From a virus (lineage: Duplodnaviria; Caudoviricetes), in the IMG/VR virus record IMGVR_UViG_3300017903_001713, positions 1 through 26,004 of that record: a DNA stretch of 26,004 nucleotides; one strand, written 5' to 3'. Below the pieces are notes generated by a model. The model saw nothing but the letters and a program-made list of their open reading frames with translations. It searched no databases and was not told where the DNA came from. A program made the position numbers and the translations under genes. This document shows, in pieces, positions 8,757-18,800 of this stretch (its first letter is position 1; each line of letters opens with the position of its first letter).

Positions 8757-9641
8757 ATGGCCACTAATCTTTACTTCACACAAGGAACACACAACGAGCA
8801 GGTTCTCTACGAAGACATCGTCATTGAGTCTTTGAAGATGTTCGGACAGGATGTGTATTACATTCCTCGTGAAATTGTTAATCGAGACGGAATCTTTCAG
8901 GATGATTCTGTGTCTCGTTTTGACAATGCCTATCGTATCGAAATGTACATCGAGAATGTCGATGGGTTCGATGGAGAGGGTGATCTATTCACCAAGTTTG
9001 GAGTAGAGATTCGTGACGCGGCCACCTTTGTTGTTGCACGTCGACGATGGGGTAGTACTGTTGCACTTTATGAAAACGAAATATCTGAACCATTCTACAG
9101 GCCACGTGAAGGGGATCTTATCTACCTCACATTGTCCAAGTCATTCTTTGAGATCACACGAGTAGAGACAGAGGAACCCTTCTATCAGTTGAAGAACCTT
9201 CCCGTCTTCAAGATGCGATGTGAACTCTTTGAGTACAACGACGAAGACTTTGATACGGGCATCGAAGAAGTTGATGATCTGGAAGCCGTACACGCATACC
9301 AGACCGTTCTTACATTCTCGACTATCACTGGAACGTTTGAGATCGGTGAAGAGGTTACACAGACTAACACTGATTATACCATGAAAGGCGAAGTTGTCAA
9401 GACTGATTTGTCAAATTCTGCCGCGAAGAAGGTATACATCTCTCATGCGGGTGCGACCGATGGTGAGTACCATGAGTTCACATTGTCCGCAGCCATCACC
9501 GGAAGTAACTCTGGTGCAACAGGTACACCAACAGCGATCGGAGAAGATCTACAGAACGATTCGATGAATAGTGACTTTGACAATATCGGAGACGCACTGT
9601 TAGACTTCTCTGAGAGTAATCCGTTTGGAGATCCGCAATAA
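8757..9641 (+). CDS. gp14: Neck protein (T4 gp14-like)
   Basis: 'ESLKMFGQDVYYIPRE', 'GFDGEGDLFTKFGVEIRD', 'RPREGDLIY', 'PFYQL' and terminal 'DFSESNPFG'. Confidence 0.93.
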   Translation: MATNLYFTQGTHNEQVLYEDIVIESLKMFGQDVYYIPREIVNRDGIFQDDSVSRFDNAYRIEMYIENVDGFDGEGDLFTKFGVEIRDAATFVVARRRWGSTVALYENEISEPFYRPREGDLIYLTLSKSFFEITRVETEEPFYQLKNLPVFKMRCELFEYNDEDFDTGIEEVDDLEAVHAYQTVLTFSTITGTFEIGEEVTQTNTDYTMKGEVVKTDLSNSAAKKVYISHAGATDGEYHEFTLSAAITGSNSGATGTPTAIGEDLQNDSMNSDFDNIGDALLDFSESNPFGDPQ

Positions 9642-10918
9642 TGTTTGGAGATCATTTCTATCATCAACGGATTCGTAATGCGGTGGCCGTATTTGGCTCG
9701 TTGTTCAATAATATAAATGTGGTACGTAAGAATACCAGTGGTGCATCAATAAGTCAAGTAAAAGTTCCACTTTCTTATGCACCCAAGCGTGACTTTCTTT
9801 CACGTCTCGATGCGATGACAGACGGTGAACAGGCTGAACGATCTATCGCAATCAAGTTGCCTCGCATGTCGTTTGAGATTGTTGCTATGCAGTACGACGC
9901 ATTGCGTCAATTACCAAAAGTAAACAATTGCACAGTACCAGGCTCAACCTATGGGGAGTCAAGTCAGGTATACACTCCCGTACCCTACAACATCAACTTT
10001 CAGTTGAATGTCTATGCAAAGGGACAAGACGATGCACTACAGATTGTAGAACAGATTCTACCTTACTTCACTCCGTCATATACTGTCACCATGAAACCCT
10101 TAGAAGACTTTGACGGTATCAAAGAAGACACTCCCGTCACACTACAGGGTATCACATTCTCAGATGACTATGAGGCGCCACTAGAGGCACGTCGTACCGT
10201 CATCTACACATTAGACTTTGAGATGAAGATCTCGATGTACAAGGCAATCGCAACCGCCACACCAATCATTACACAGTACGATATCGAGAATGCAGATCTG
10301 GATGGTAATGTATTCTTCAATATCGTGGACAGTGCAGCGATTGCAACGAACACAATTAAGACCATCAACGAAGATACAAAGTTGACGGTGGATAACTATC
10401 AGGTCAACAATGCACCATTGACGACACATGGATTGCAACTGGGATCAACCACACCATCGAATGGTACTGCGACGGTAACGTATTCAAAACGTTTAGTATC
10501 TGCGAGTGGTATCGTCGTTGCTCAGGGTGAATATACATATCTACCAGACAGTGACTTCAATGGTACAGATACATTCACCATTGACTTGTTGTACGGAGAT
10601 TCTGCAAGTCCACAAAAACTATCGCAGACAATCAACGTCACCATCAATGCGGTGCAGGATGTAACGGCAACGATATTGGGGCCATTCGCAGTAACGATTG
10701 GTGCACCATACGTACTTGATCTTACAACTAATGACAACTTTGCTTCTGCGACGTACAGTCTAATTAGTCAGGGTACTCGTGGTACCGCATCAATTACCAG
10801 TGGGGGTAACCTTACTTACAACGCATCTACGGCCGGAACAGATGAAATTGTTTACGGTGTTACACCAACAGGTGGAACGAGAGAGAATGTTACTGTAAGG
10901 TTCACCAATTCAGTATAA
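9641..10918 (+). CDS. gp15: Tail sheath stabiliser/terminator (T4 gp15-like) with a C-terminal Ig/cadherin-like extension
   Basis: 'FYHQRIRNAVAVFGSLFNNI', 'KVPLSYAPK', 'LPRMSFE', 'DDALQIVEQILPYFTP'. About 200 extra C-terminal residues include 'YTYLPDSDFNGTDTFT'. Confidence 0.92.
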   Translation: MFGDHFYHQRIRNAVAVFGSLFNNINVVRKNTSGASISQVKVPLSYAPKRDFLSRLDAMTDGEQAERSIAIKLPRMSFEIVAMQYDALRQLPKVNNCTVPGSTYGESSQVYTPVPYNINFQLNVYAKGQDDALQIVEQILPYFTPSYTVTMKPLEDFDGIKEDTPVTLQGITFSDDYEAPLEARRTVIYTLDFEMKISMYKAIATATPIITQYDIENADLDGNVFFNIVDSAAIATNTIKTINEDTKLTVDNYQVNNAPLTTHGLQLGSTTPSNGTATVTYSKRLVSASGIVVAQGEYTYLPDSDFNGTDTFTIDLLYGDSASPQKLSQTINVTINAVQDVTATILGPFAVTIGAPYVLDLTTNDNFASATYSLISQGTRGTASITSGGNLTYNASTAGTDEIVYGVTPTGGTRENVTVRFTNSV

Positions 10919-10921
10919 ATA
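10914..10921 (+). promoter_or_regulatory. T4-type late promoter (TATAAATA)
   Basis: Exact consensus over the gp15 stop codon; GAGGAAGGA ribosome-binding site before 10949. Confidence 0.8.
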
Positions 10922-10948
10922 AAGATACGAATTCTTGAGGAAGGATAA

Positions 10949-12172
10949 ATGGCAGGCATAAAAATCAGTGATTTGGACGAGTTGTCGACAGCTGATGCAA
11001 CTGATTCGGATCTTCTTGTCATCGTAGATGTCAGTGCCGATAAGACAAAGAAGATTGAGTACAGGACACTCTTAGCGTCTAATATTCAGGAAGCAGAAAC
11101 GGCGAAGGAACTAATAGTTAACGGTACTGCAACTCTGACTGATCGCGTAACAGACAATAATGAACCGTATCATGTTATCATGAGTGCACGGGGTGACCTA
11201 GAAAGATCAGGTAGTTTAGAAGCATCTGGGGCGGACTCATGTTTCATCGATGTCGGCAGATTCAACTACTTGCCCGATTCATCCGCACTGTATGTATCTC
11301 AAGGTATTAGAACCGCAGGTGGTAATGGACAACTTCAAGGGATTGCAGATCAGGCCTTGGTCGCAGATTCCGCAAACTTTGATCTGACATCAATCAATGA
11401 TGTGATTGATAATTTTACTGGTCTGGTAACTGGTCAGGTTCTCAAGTGGAATGGATCTGAGTGGGCAAATGCGAACGATAATACAGGTGACGTTGGTCAG
11501 GGTGTAATTGCGAAACTAATTAATACTAAGTCTGCGGGTGATGCTGATGCATCTTTCCTCGTGCCTTTCGTTGCTGCGGTAGGTACAGACTCAGTAGAAG
11601 TAGACAACCAGTTGACTTACAATCCAAATTCTAACACACTGACAACCACAACGTTTTCTGGTAACGCAACAACTGCAACTTTTGCAACGACTGCAACGAC
11701 TGCAACTCAGTCATATCAACTTGCAACAGATAGTGTGGGTGCAACGGGTACGTACTATCTGATTACTCGTGAACAACGAAACCCAGGCTTCGACAGTGCA
11801 AACACAAGTAGTGCATTAACATTCGACGCATCAACAGAAACTCTCGCTGCGACAAACTTCAGTGGAGATGGTTCAAGTTTAAACAACGTGGCGGCCTCAT
11901 CTGCGACTAACGCAACAAACGTGGCGATCACAACTGCAACTAACGACGCAACATTCTATGTTCACTTTGGTAATGCAACGTCTGGTAACGATGGCGTCAA
12001 TGTTAACACAAGTTTGACATATAATCCAGCAGATAATCTGTTGACATCTAATCTAACGTACACTGCTGATAGTGCGGGACTCTGGAACGGATCATCACCC
12101 ACAACCGTGGATAGTGCGATTGATCGTCTCGCCTTTGTAGTTAAGTCACTGAACGGTGGGGTAGGAGCATAA
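10949..12172 (+). CDS. Tail fibre-like protein
   Basis: N-terminal 'KISDLDEL...DSDLLVIVDVS...TKKI' module, 'GQVLKWNGSEW' fibre motif, three 'LT(Y/F)' repeat units and Ala/Thr-rich linkers. Confidence 0.7.
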   Translation: MAGIKISDLDELSTADATDSDLLVIVDVSADKTKKIEYRTLLASNIQEAETAKELIVNGTATLTDRVTDNNEPYHVIMSARGDLERSGSLEASGADSCFIDVGRFNYLPDSSALYVSQGIRTAGGNGQLQGIADQALVADSANFDLTSINDVIDNFTGLVTGQVLKWNGSEWANANDNTGDVGQGVIAKLINTKSAGDADASFLVPFVAAVGTDSVEVDNQLTYNPNSNTLTTTTFSGNATTATFATTATTATQSYQLATDSVGATGTYYLITREQRNPGFDSANTSSALTFDASTETLAATNFSGDGSSLNNVAASSATNATNVAITTATNDATFYVHFGNATSGNDGVNVNTSLTYNPADNLLTSNLTYTADSAGLWNGSSPTTVDSAIDRLAFVVKSLNGGVGA

Positions 12173-12175
12173 TAA

Positions 12176-12766
12176 ATGGCTGATATTAAAATCTCACAGT
12201 TGGTCGAACTTCAAGCCGCAGACTTGCGAGACAGTGATGTTCTGATCATTAACGATGTAAGCACTACAACCACTAAACAAATAACCTTTGGTAATCTTCT
12301 CTCTGCGTATACAGAAAACGTAGTAGATTCAGACACGGGTGCAAAGGTAACGGGTGATTTTGAAGTTGAGAATGAACTTACCATTGGTGGTGATACGTTC
12401 ACGACGGGTAAGATCACCTTTGGTTCGTTGGAGGATTACACAGAAGATATTTTCATTAGTAAGTTCGTTGATGAAGCAGACGGTATTGCAAACAATGCCA
12501 ATGACTCATGTATTCCAACGTCTGCTGCAGTAAAAGGATATTTCGACGATAATGTTCGAACTGTATATGCAGACTCCGGAACAGGGGACGGTCTAACAAC
12601 GACACTAACACTTATCAATGCAGGTGCGCCACCAGCGATCGCTAACACTCAGGTTTACATCGACGGTGTCTATCAGATGAAGAGTACATACTCTCTTACA
12701 GATGATGTTATTACATTCTCTGAAGCACCACCCAACCTTTCACGAATTGAAGTCATCACGTTATAA
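12176..12766 (+). CDS. Fibre-associated structural protein
   Basis: Same N-terminal module as the previous gene (KISQL...DSDVLIINDVS...TKQI), 'IPTSAAVKGY', and a C-terminal 'VYIDGVYQ...Y...ITFSEAPP' domain. Confidence 0.7.
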   Translation: MADIKISQLVELQAADLRDSDVLIINDVSTTTTKQITFGNLLSAYTENVVDSDTGAKVTGDFEVENELTIGGDTFTTGKITFGSLEDYTEDIFISKFVDEADGIANNANDSCIPTSAAVKGYFDDNVRTVYADSGTGDGLTTTLTLINAGAPPAIANTQVYIDGVYQMKSTYSLTDDVITFSEAPPNLSRIEVITL

Positions 12767-12777
12767 GGATCAAATAA

Positions 12778-15612
12778 ATGGCATTAACTAAAGTAAGTAG
12801 CTTCCTAAGTGACGCAGCTGAAGTCAGTGTTAAAGACTTTAATGCAAAGGGTGATGGATCGACAGACGATACTAGTGCAATTCAGGACGCGATTAATTAC
12901 GCTTCTAGTCATAAAATTCAAACGGTTTTCTTTCCGGATGGACACTATAAGTTTACCGTTCTACGATTCTATCACGATCAATCACTGAACCCCGGCTTTC
13001 AGGGAACCAACATATACACGGGTGATGACACAGAGGTAGATTTCAACTACGGTTGGTACATTGAAAGTGATGATGACCTTACCGTAACAGTTGACGACGT
13101 AGAACAGACACTCGACACGGACTATACTGTATCGGGTGTTGGTGACGTGAATGGTGGAACGGTTACGTTTACTACTGCACCAGCAAACACTCTCGAAGTA
13201 AAAATCTCTAGTACCAACAGAGACGGCCGAATGCAACTCAGAGGCACAGGTCGACTCTCGATCAATGACCTAAAGAATTATGACGGTACAAATACGGGTC
13301 GACTGTACGGTGCCGTTTTAGAATCAACGGGTGATGGTCTTATTGTCGAACCAGATGGAACATTCCAAGGCGAGTCAGACGCAAGAAATTTCGTAATAAA
13401 AGACCTTACGGTTATTGCAAACAATACTGGGCAAATCATACAAGTCGAGAGTTGTCCAGGCTTGACGTTCGAACACTGTTCCTTCAAACAGTTAAATGAT
13501 GAGGGTAATGGTTTATTAGTACGAAACTGTTGGTTCTTTACTATGCATCAATGTTATGTGTTTGGTGCATCAATTGAGACAAACAGTCCTGAAGAACCCG
13601 ATAACAACACGGGTACGGGTGTCAAATCGCAGTTTGTTGGATCTGCGTTTGGTAACTTTGCTGGCCTATGGAACATCACCGACTCCTTGATTGACAGTTG
13701 GAAATATGGTATTCAATGGACAGGTGGTACAGTAACAAACCTCTCAGTGAGAAACACGGGTATTCAAAACTGTAACAAATATAACTTCTTTGCTGATCGT
13801 GGAAAGATTCAAAATGCTCTTCTCGATAATGTTTACATGGAGAACCAAACAACGACAGGTGTTTCATTTGTAAAGGTTGGTCGTAAAGATTACTTTACTG
13901 CGGGTGCAAGTCAAACTGAATATACGTATGATTTTGTTAGTCCCGATGCTGATGGCGATATCGAAGTTACTAAACTTGGATTTACGGAAGAGACTTTTAC
14001 TGCAACAGGTGGAAGTAATGAGGTCTTTACATATACCTTTACAAGTCCCAGTAGGACAGGATTTATAATAGTACGTGAAGAAGGTGTAATCCTTGAACCC
14101 GACACATATACAGTCGACTTGACTGCTCAGACTGTTACTATCGACTCGACCACAGCCAGTGATGAAATAAAGATCTCAGTGGAAGAAGAAGAGACTCTTA
14201 CTCTCACCACAGACTACACAGTCAATCGTACCACAAAGGTGGTGACTCTTGTCTCTGCACCCAATCAGGGTGATACAGTAACGGTAGGCGTACCAGCCAG
14301 TTCAGGTGGTGGTGTTCTTAGATCTTTGAAGATGACAAACTGTTTCTTCCTTGCAGGTGGAAACGGGGTGGTGCAACGAGTCACTCGACCATGTATCGAT
14401 ATCAATAGAATCGAACAGGTATCGATTGATAACCATTACACGTTTAGATCTGTTCAACCGTTTATGAATATTGATTACTCATCAAACGGTCAGAACAATG
14501 TTGCTGAAATTCGAAACAGTATTTTCCAACAAGATCAAGACATAAGCAGTTTAGATCGATTCTATCTGTTCAGTGGTCTTCTTCCAAACTTGCACAATCT
14601 GGTTTGGCCTGGATTGGCGCAGGGTGTAGCAAACAATGTAACTGGAAAGATGCGTCTGTTCAGTCCGGCACCGGCTAATGCTTTTATCAGAGAGTATACG
14701 GATGTCGAAGGTCAAAAGGGTCTTAGTAAGTTTAGTTTCGGAGACACGGAACAATTGACGGGAGTTACATCTCCATATCGTATTGGTGGTGGATTCAATC
14801 CAATCAAGACCTACTATGATTTCGAACATCAAGAGTCCGGTGGTCTGGCAGTCTACCTACCTAATCCGACCTCTGTTTCTGACGGTAAAGTCTTCATCAT
14901 TCGAAACAATGAAGACTCACGAGTATCACCTTACGAATATCTGAACGTATTTTACTCAGATGCAGTACCACCCGCTGGAAGACTAGTCCAACTCAGGCCT
15001 GGCGATACTGCGATGTTTGTCTTGGATGGAAAAGGAACTCGTTCTGGATCAGAGGCGGGAGACTTTATCTGTGTCGCTAAGTGGAATGATGGTGACCGAT
15101 TGTTGGAGATGGAAGACAATATCCGGTTCAACGTTGATGGAGACGGTATTGACTTTGGTCAGACGGCTGGTAGTGGAAGTAGTTCAGAAGTTCTTGATGA
15201 TTACGAAGAAGGCACGTTCACACCGACGATCACTGCATCTACGACAGACCCAACTATCACCTATACGACACAACGGGGTCATTATACTAAGATAGGCAAC
15301 CTTGTAACTTGTCAGATTAGAATAGTAACATCTGCCGTCAGTGGTGGTGTGGGTAATACTTTCATTGCCGGATTGCCTTATGCATCGCTTACTCAGAGTG
15401 GACTTACACAAGCAGGAGTAGTGGCCTTTGCATCGGGTTTTGGGACAAACAATCATCCAAGATCTGTACAAGTACAAAGCAATACATCGCAGTTGATTCC
15501 CCGTATTGCCACAAGTACAGATGCGGATGGGCCATTAGGGGATGCAGTTGATGCAGCCAGTCTGTCAGCCGCAGTTACAGTCAATTGTTCAATTACTTAC
15601 ATAGCAGGATAA
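12778..15612 (+). CDS. Tailspike / receptor-binding protein with a pectate-lyase-like beta-helix and inserted small beta domains
   Basis: 'VSVKDFNAKGDGSTDDTSAIQDAIN...VFFPDGHY' is a Pectate_lyase_3-like start. C-terminal 'LDDYEEGTFTP...GHYTKIGNLVT' domain. Confidence 0.8.
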   Translation: MALTKVSSFLSDAAEVSVKDFNAKGDGSTDDTSAIQDAINYASSHKIQTVFFPDGHYKFTVLRFYHDQSLNPGFQGTNIYTGDDTEVDFNYGWYIESDDDLTVTVDDVEQTLDTDYTVSGVGDVNGGTVTFTTAPANTLEVKISSTNRDGRMQLRGTGRLSINDLKNYDGTNTGRLYGAVLESTGDGLIVEPDGTFQGESDARNFVIKDLTVIANNTGQIIQVESCPGLTFEHCSFKQLNDEGNGLLVRNCWFFTMHQCYVFGASIETNSPEEPDNNTGTGVKSQFVGSAFGNFAGLWNITDSLIDSWKYGIQWTGGTVTNLSVRNTGIQNCNKYNFFADRGKIQNALLDNVYMENQTTTGVSFVKVGRKDYFTAGASQTEYTYDFVSPDADGDIEVTKLGFTEETFTATGGSNEVFTYTFTSPSRTGFIIVREEGVILEPDTYTVDLTAQTVTIDSTTASDEIKISVEEEETLTLTTDYTVNRTTKVVTLVSAPNQGDTVTVGVPASSGGGVLRSLKMTNCFFLAGGNGVVQRVTRPCIDINRIEQVSIDNHYTFRSVQPFMNIDYSSNGQNNVAEIRNSIFQQDQDISSLDRFYLFSGLLPNLHNLVWPGLAQGVANNVTGKMRLFSPAPANAFIREYTDVEGQKGLSKFSFGDTEQLTGVTSPYRIGGGFNPIKTYYDFEHQESGGLAVYLPNPTSVSDGKVFIIRNNEDSRVSPYEYLNVFYSDAVPPAGRLVQLRPGDTAMFVLDGKGTRSGSEAGDFICVAKWNDGDRLLEMEDNIRFNVDGDGIDFGQTAGSGSSSEVLDDYEEGTFTPTITASTTDPTITYTTQRGHYTKIGNLVTCQIRIVTSAVSGGVGNTFIAGLPYASLTQSGLTQAGVVAFASGFGTNNHPRSVQVQSNTSQLIPRIATSTDADGPLGDAVDAASLSAAVTVNCSITYIAG

Positions 15613-15616
15613 AAAC

Positions 15617-15892
15617 ATGGCATTAACAGAGTCAACAGTTGAAGATAGAATCGAAGTAGTGGGAGAGTACAAGCACGTACAGATCCGTACTGCACGAGTC
15701 ATTTATGATGATGGAGATGAGGTCACACGTACCTTCTCTCGACGTGTATTGCATTGTTGCACTAAGTCTGGTGATACGTGGTCAAACACAGATGTCACAG
15801 GAGAGAGCACAGAAGTTCAAGCGATCTGTAGCGGAGTGTGGACAACCGCAGTTCGTACCGCTTACAAAAACGCAATGGATGCACAAGCCTAG
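15617..15892 (+). CDS. Small protein accompanying the tailspike (possible chaperone or tip protein)
   Basis: 'MALTE...DRIEVVG.YKHVQIRTA.VI..DG.E..RTF.R.VL' is a pattern I recognise downstream of DDYEEG-type fibre genes in aquatic phages. AGGA upstream of the start. Confidence 0.65.
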   Translation: MALTESTVEDRIEVVGEYKHVQIRTARVIYDDGDEVTRTFSRRVLHCCTKSGDTWSNTDVTGESTEVQAICSGVWTTAVRTAYKNAMDAQA

Positions 15893-15899
15893 ATAGTGT

Positions 15900-18800
15900 A
15901 TGCATAATAACTTTTTGGACAAAAGACGTAGACACCTACGTCTACAACCTGATCAGGTGGATCTGGCCTTACCAGAACACTTTGCAGCGTCGTATCCAAA
16001 ATTTATTAATCTTCTATCGTTCTATTATGAGTTTCAGGGTGAACAGAAGGCGACGGAACTTCTCCATCATCTCTTTGCGTCACGAGATATCACAGAAACC
16101 GACATCACTCTTCTCTCATACATTGAGGATGAGTTGTTATTGGGTGATGCATACTTTGAGAGTTTTGCAACAGGTGATGCAGAGAAACGTGCAGCTGCAA
16201 ACTTCTCCAACACATTGTTCCGATCAAAGGGAACTAAGTTTGCAATCGAATGGTTCTTCCGTTCGTTCTATGGTATCGACGCTGAAATCATCGAAACGAA
16301 TCAACGTATTTTTGAGTTAGGTAAACCTGAGTCATCCATTGGCCCCGACTCAGTACATTTTTTAACTGACGACAAGTTGTATCAGACATTTGCGTATCTG
16401 GTACGTTCGTCTATTCCTATCACAGAATGGGAAGAATTATTTAAGTTGTTTGTACACCCCGCAGGAATGTATCTTGGGGGAGAACTATTAATCGAAGATG
16501 TGGTTCAGGCCAGATTGGCATCTGAAGCATTTGATAGTTCAGTTTCAAGTCGTTTGTCTCCTACATATACTTTGGTAACTCAACCTTTCAGTACCGATTC
16601 CGAAGGTACACGGTTTGATTTTTCTTTGCAGGCAACCAATCTACCAAACAATCAGGGTCAGTACAAATACTTTATTAACAACTTAACCACGTCAGAAGAC
16701 GACTTTGCATTTGGTGCGGACTCGACTTTCCCCGATAGTGCAAACAAGCAGACGTTCCTATTGTCACCCAATATGAGTGAAACTGCGGCCGTTGGAATTG
16801 TGACTATTCCCACACTCCACGACTCAGATGAGACTGAAGGTACAGAAAGTTTTCAGGTTTTCTTTGAGGACGAAGAGGGACGTGAAGTAATCAATCAGAC
16901 CATAATCCTAAACGATATTGTCAGTGTTTTCTCAATCAGCGACGACACAGTAGGAAACGAAATCGATGAAGGGGACACTGTTACCTTCACCGTGACTGCG
17001 GAGGCCGGTACAGTACCAAACAACGGTAGTACAACTTTGGAATATCAGGTATTTCCGATCTCTGCGGACAGTGTTGATTTCGCGTCGACTGCATTCCCTT
17101 CAACCGGAACTAGAATTCCATTTAATATACGAGACGACTCAGGTTCTTTCACTGTGTCTACCGTGGTTGATGGTACTTCTGGTGGGGGGGATGACAACGA
17201 AACATTCAACGTCAAGATCTATACACTGTCTGGTATTGAGAAGGCTACGTCGGATACAATCACGATTAACGATCTGAACCCCCAAGACGAATACTCATTG
17301 ACTCCCGCAACCGTGACAATAACGGAAGGGGATGATATCGAAGTCACCCTAGCGACACCGGAGTCTATGATTGGTCGAGACGTGACATACACAATCACTG
17401 GTACTGATAGTAGGGTTCCGAACAAAGCCGGAACACTGACCGTGACCAGCGCGAGTGAGACGTTTACTCTGTCGACCACTTCTTCAAGTGATGTCTATCA
17501 AGGTGCAACCAGTGAGACGATCACTCTCACATCAAGTACCAGTGGTTTCTTTAGTCCAGAACTAACAGACACCGTTGCACTGACAATCAATGATGCAGAC
17601 GAAACATTCGATGACATTGTTGTTGATCTGGCCGGTCAGACAGAAGGTGACACAATCACATTCACAATTACGGGTACTAATCTTCAGGACGGTAACCGTG
17701 CGAAGTATTACATCGATCACGGTGACACAACGAATGCAGACTTCTCTGTCGCACCACCCACAACCGTAGGAACTGCGGCTGCCATATCGTTTACGTCAAA
17801 TTCTGGAACAGTCTCCTTGACATTTGCGGAGAATGGTGATGAAAACAATGAAGACTTTGAGATTGTCATCCTTGATAACGATGACGTTGAAGTTCTTCGA
17901 ACAAGTTACACAATCATTGGTGTGCCTGGGCCGGGTGATCCCCCCGCGCCAGAATATACATTGACACCTCGTTCAACTTCTGTGAATGAAAATGGGTCTG
18001 TTACTGTAGACTTTGAAGTTGTAAATGATGATGATGGATCATATTACTACTATGTTTCTGGTTCTGGTATCACTAGTGATGACTTCAGTTCTGGATATGC
18101 CCCATCAAGTTCAAGGCAAGAGATTACAGTAACATCCGGAATCTCTACAATTGATTTTACTTTAGCCGAAGATCAGGATCGAGAAGGTACAGAAACTTTC
18201 CGTGTGTTTGTTTCGAAAACATCTACGAGTGGTGTTATTGCACAGTCTTCAGAGATATCGATCACTGACACCTCAACACAAGCCTACACAGTCAGTCTGT
18301 CGGATGTTACGGAAGGTTCAACGTTGAACTGTGCAGTAATAGGTAATTTAGCGAATGCCAGTGCAGAGACCATTTATGTGACATTCTCTGGTGCAGGTGT
18401 AACTGATCGTATCACGACATTACAACCCGCGGCACAATCTGTAGGTGCGAATCAGTCTATAATATTCTCTTCTACAACAACTGTAGATGCTGCAGTCAAT
18501 GGGGATCAGACGATTACTGCAACCGCACGAATCGGATCTTACTCTGGTACGATTGTGGGAACAGACACTTCGACAATGTCGGATGCGGCTGCGTCATTTA
18601 CCTTGACAAACAATGGGCCTAAAGATGAGGGTCAGACAGTAACCTTCACCTTTGGAGGTACCAACGTTCCAACGGGTACATATTATTACTGGTTAAACGA
18701 CATTCAACCAGTGCAACAAAATCCTCTGTCATCAACCGCAGCTGGATCTGCAATCATTAGTGTGGTTAATTCAACGGGTGTTAACGTCGGAGATGAAGTT

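Noticed and set aside
15838-16320. 160-aa alternative-frame ORF and the many short minus-strand ORFs
   Set aside because: All overlap well-supported plus-strand genes and show no recognisable motifs or expression signals.
17184-17190. G7 homopolymer (and C6 near 17940) as a phase-variation or frameshift site
   Set aside because: The runs are short, encode in-frame Gly or Pro stretches, and the ORF is intact.
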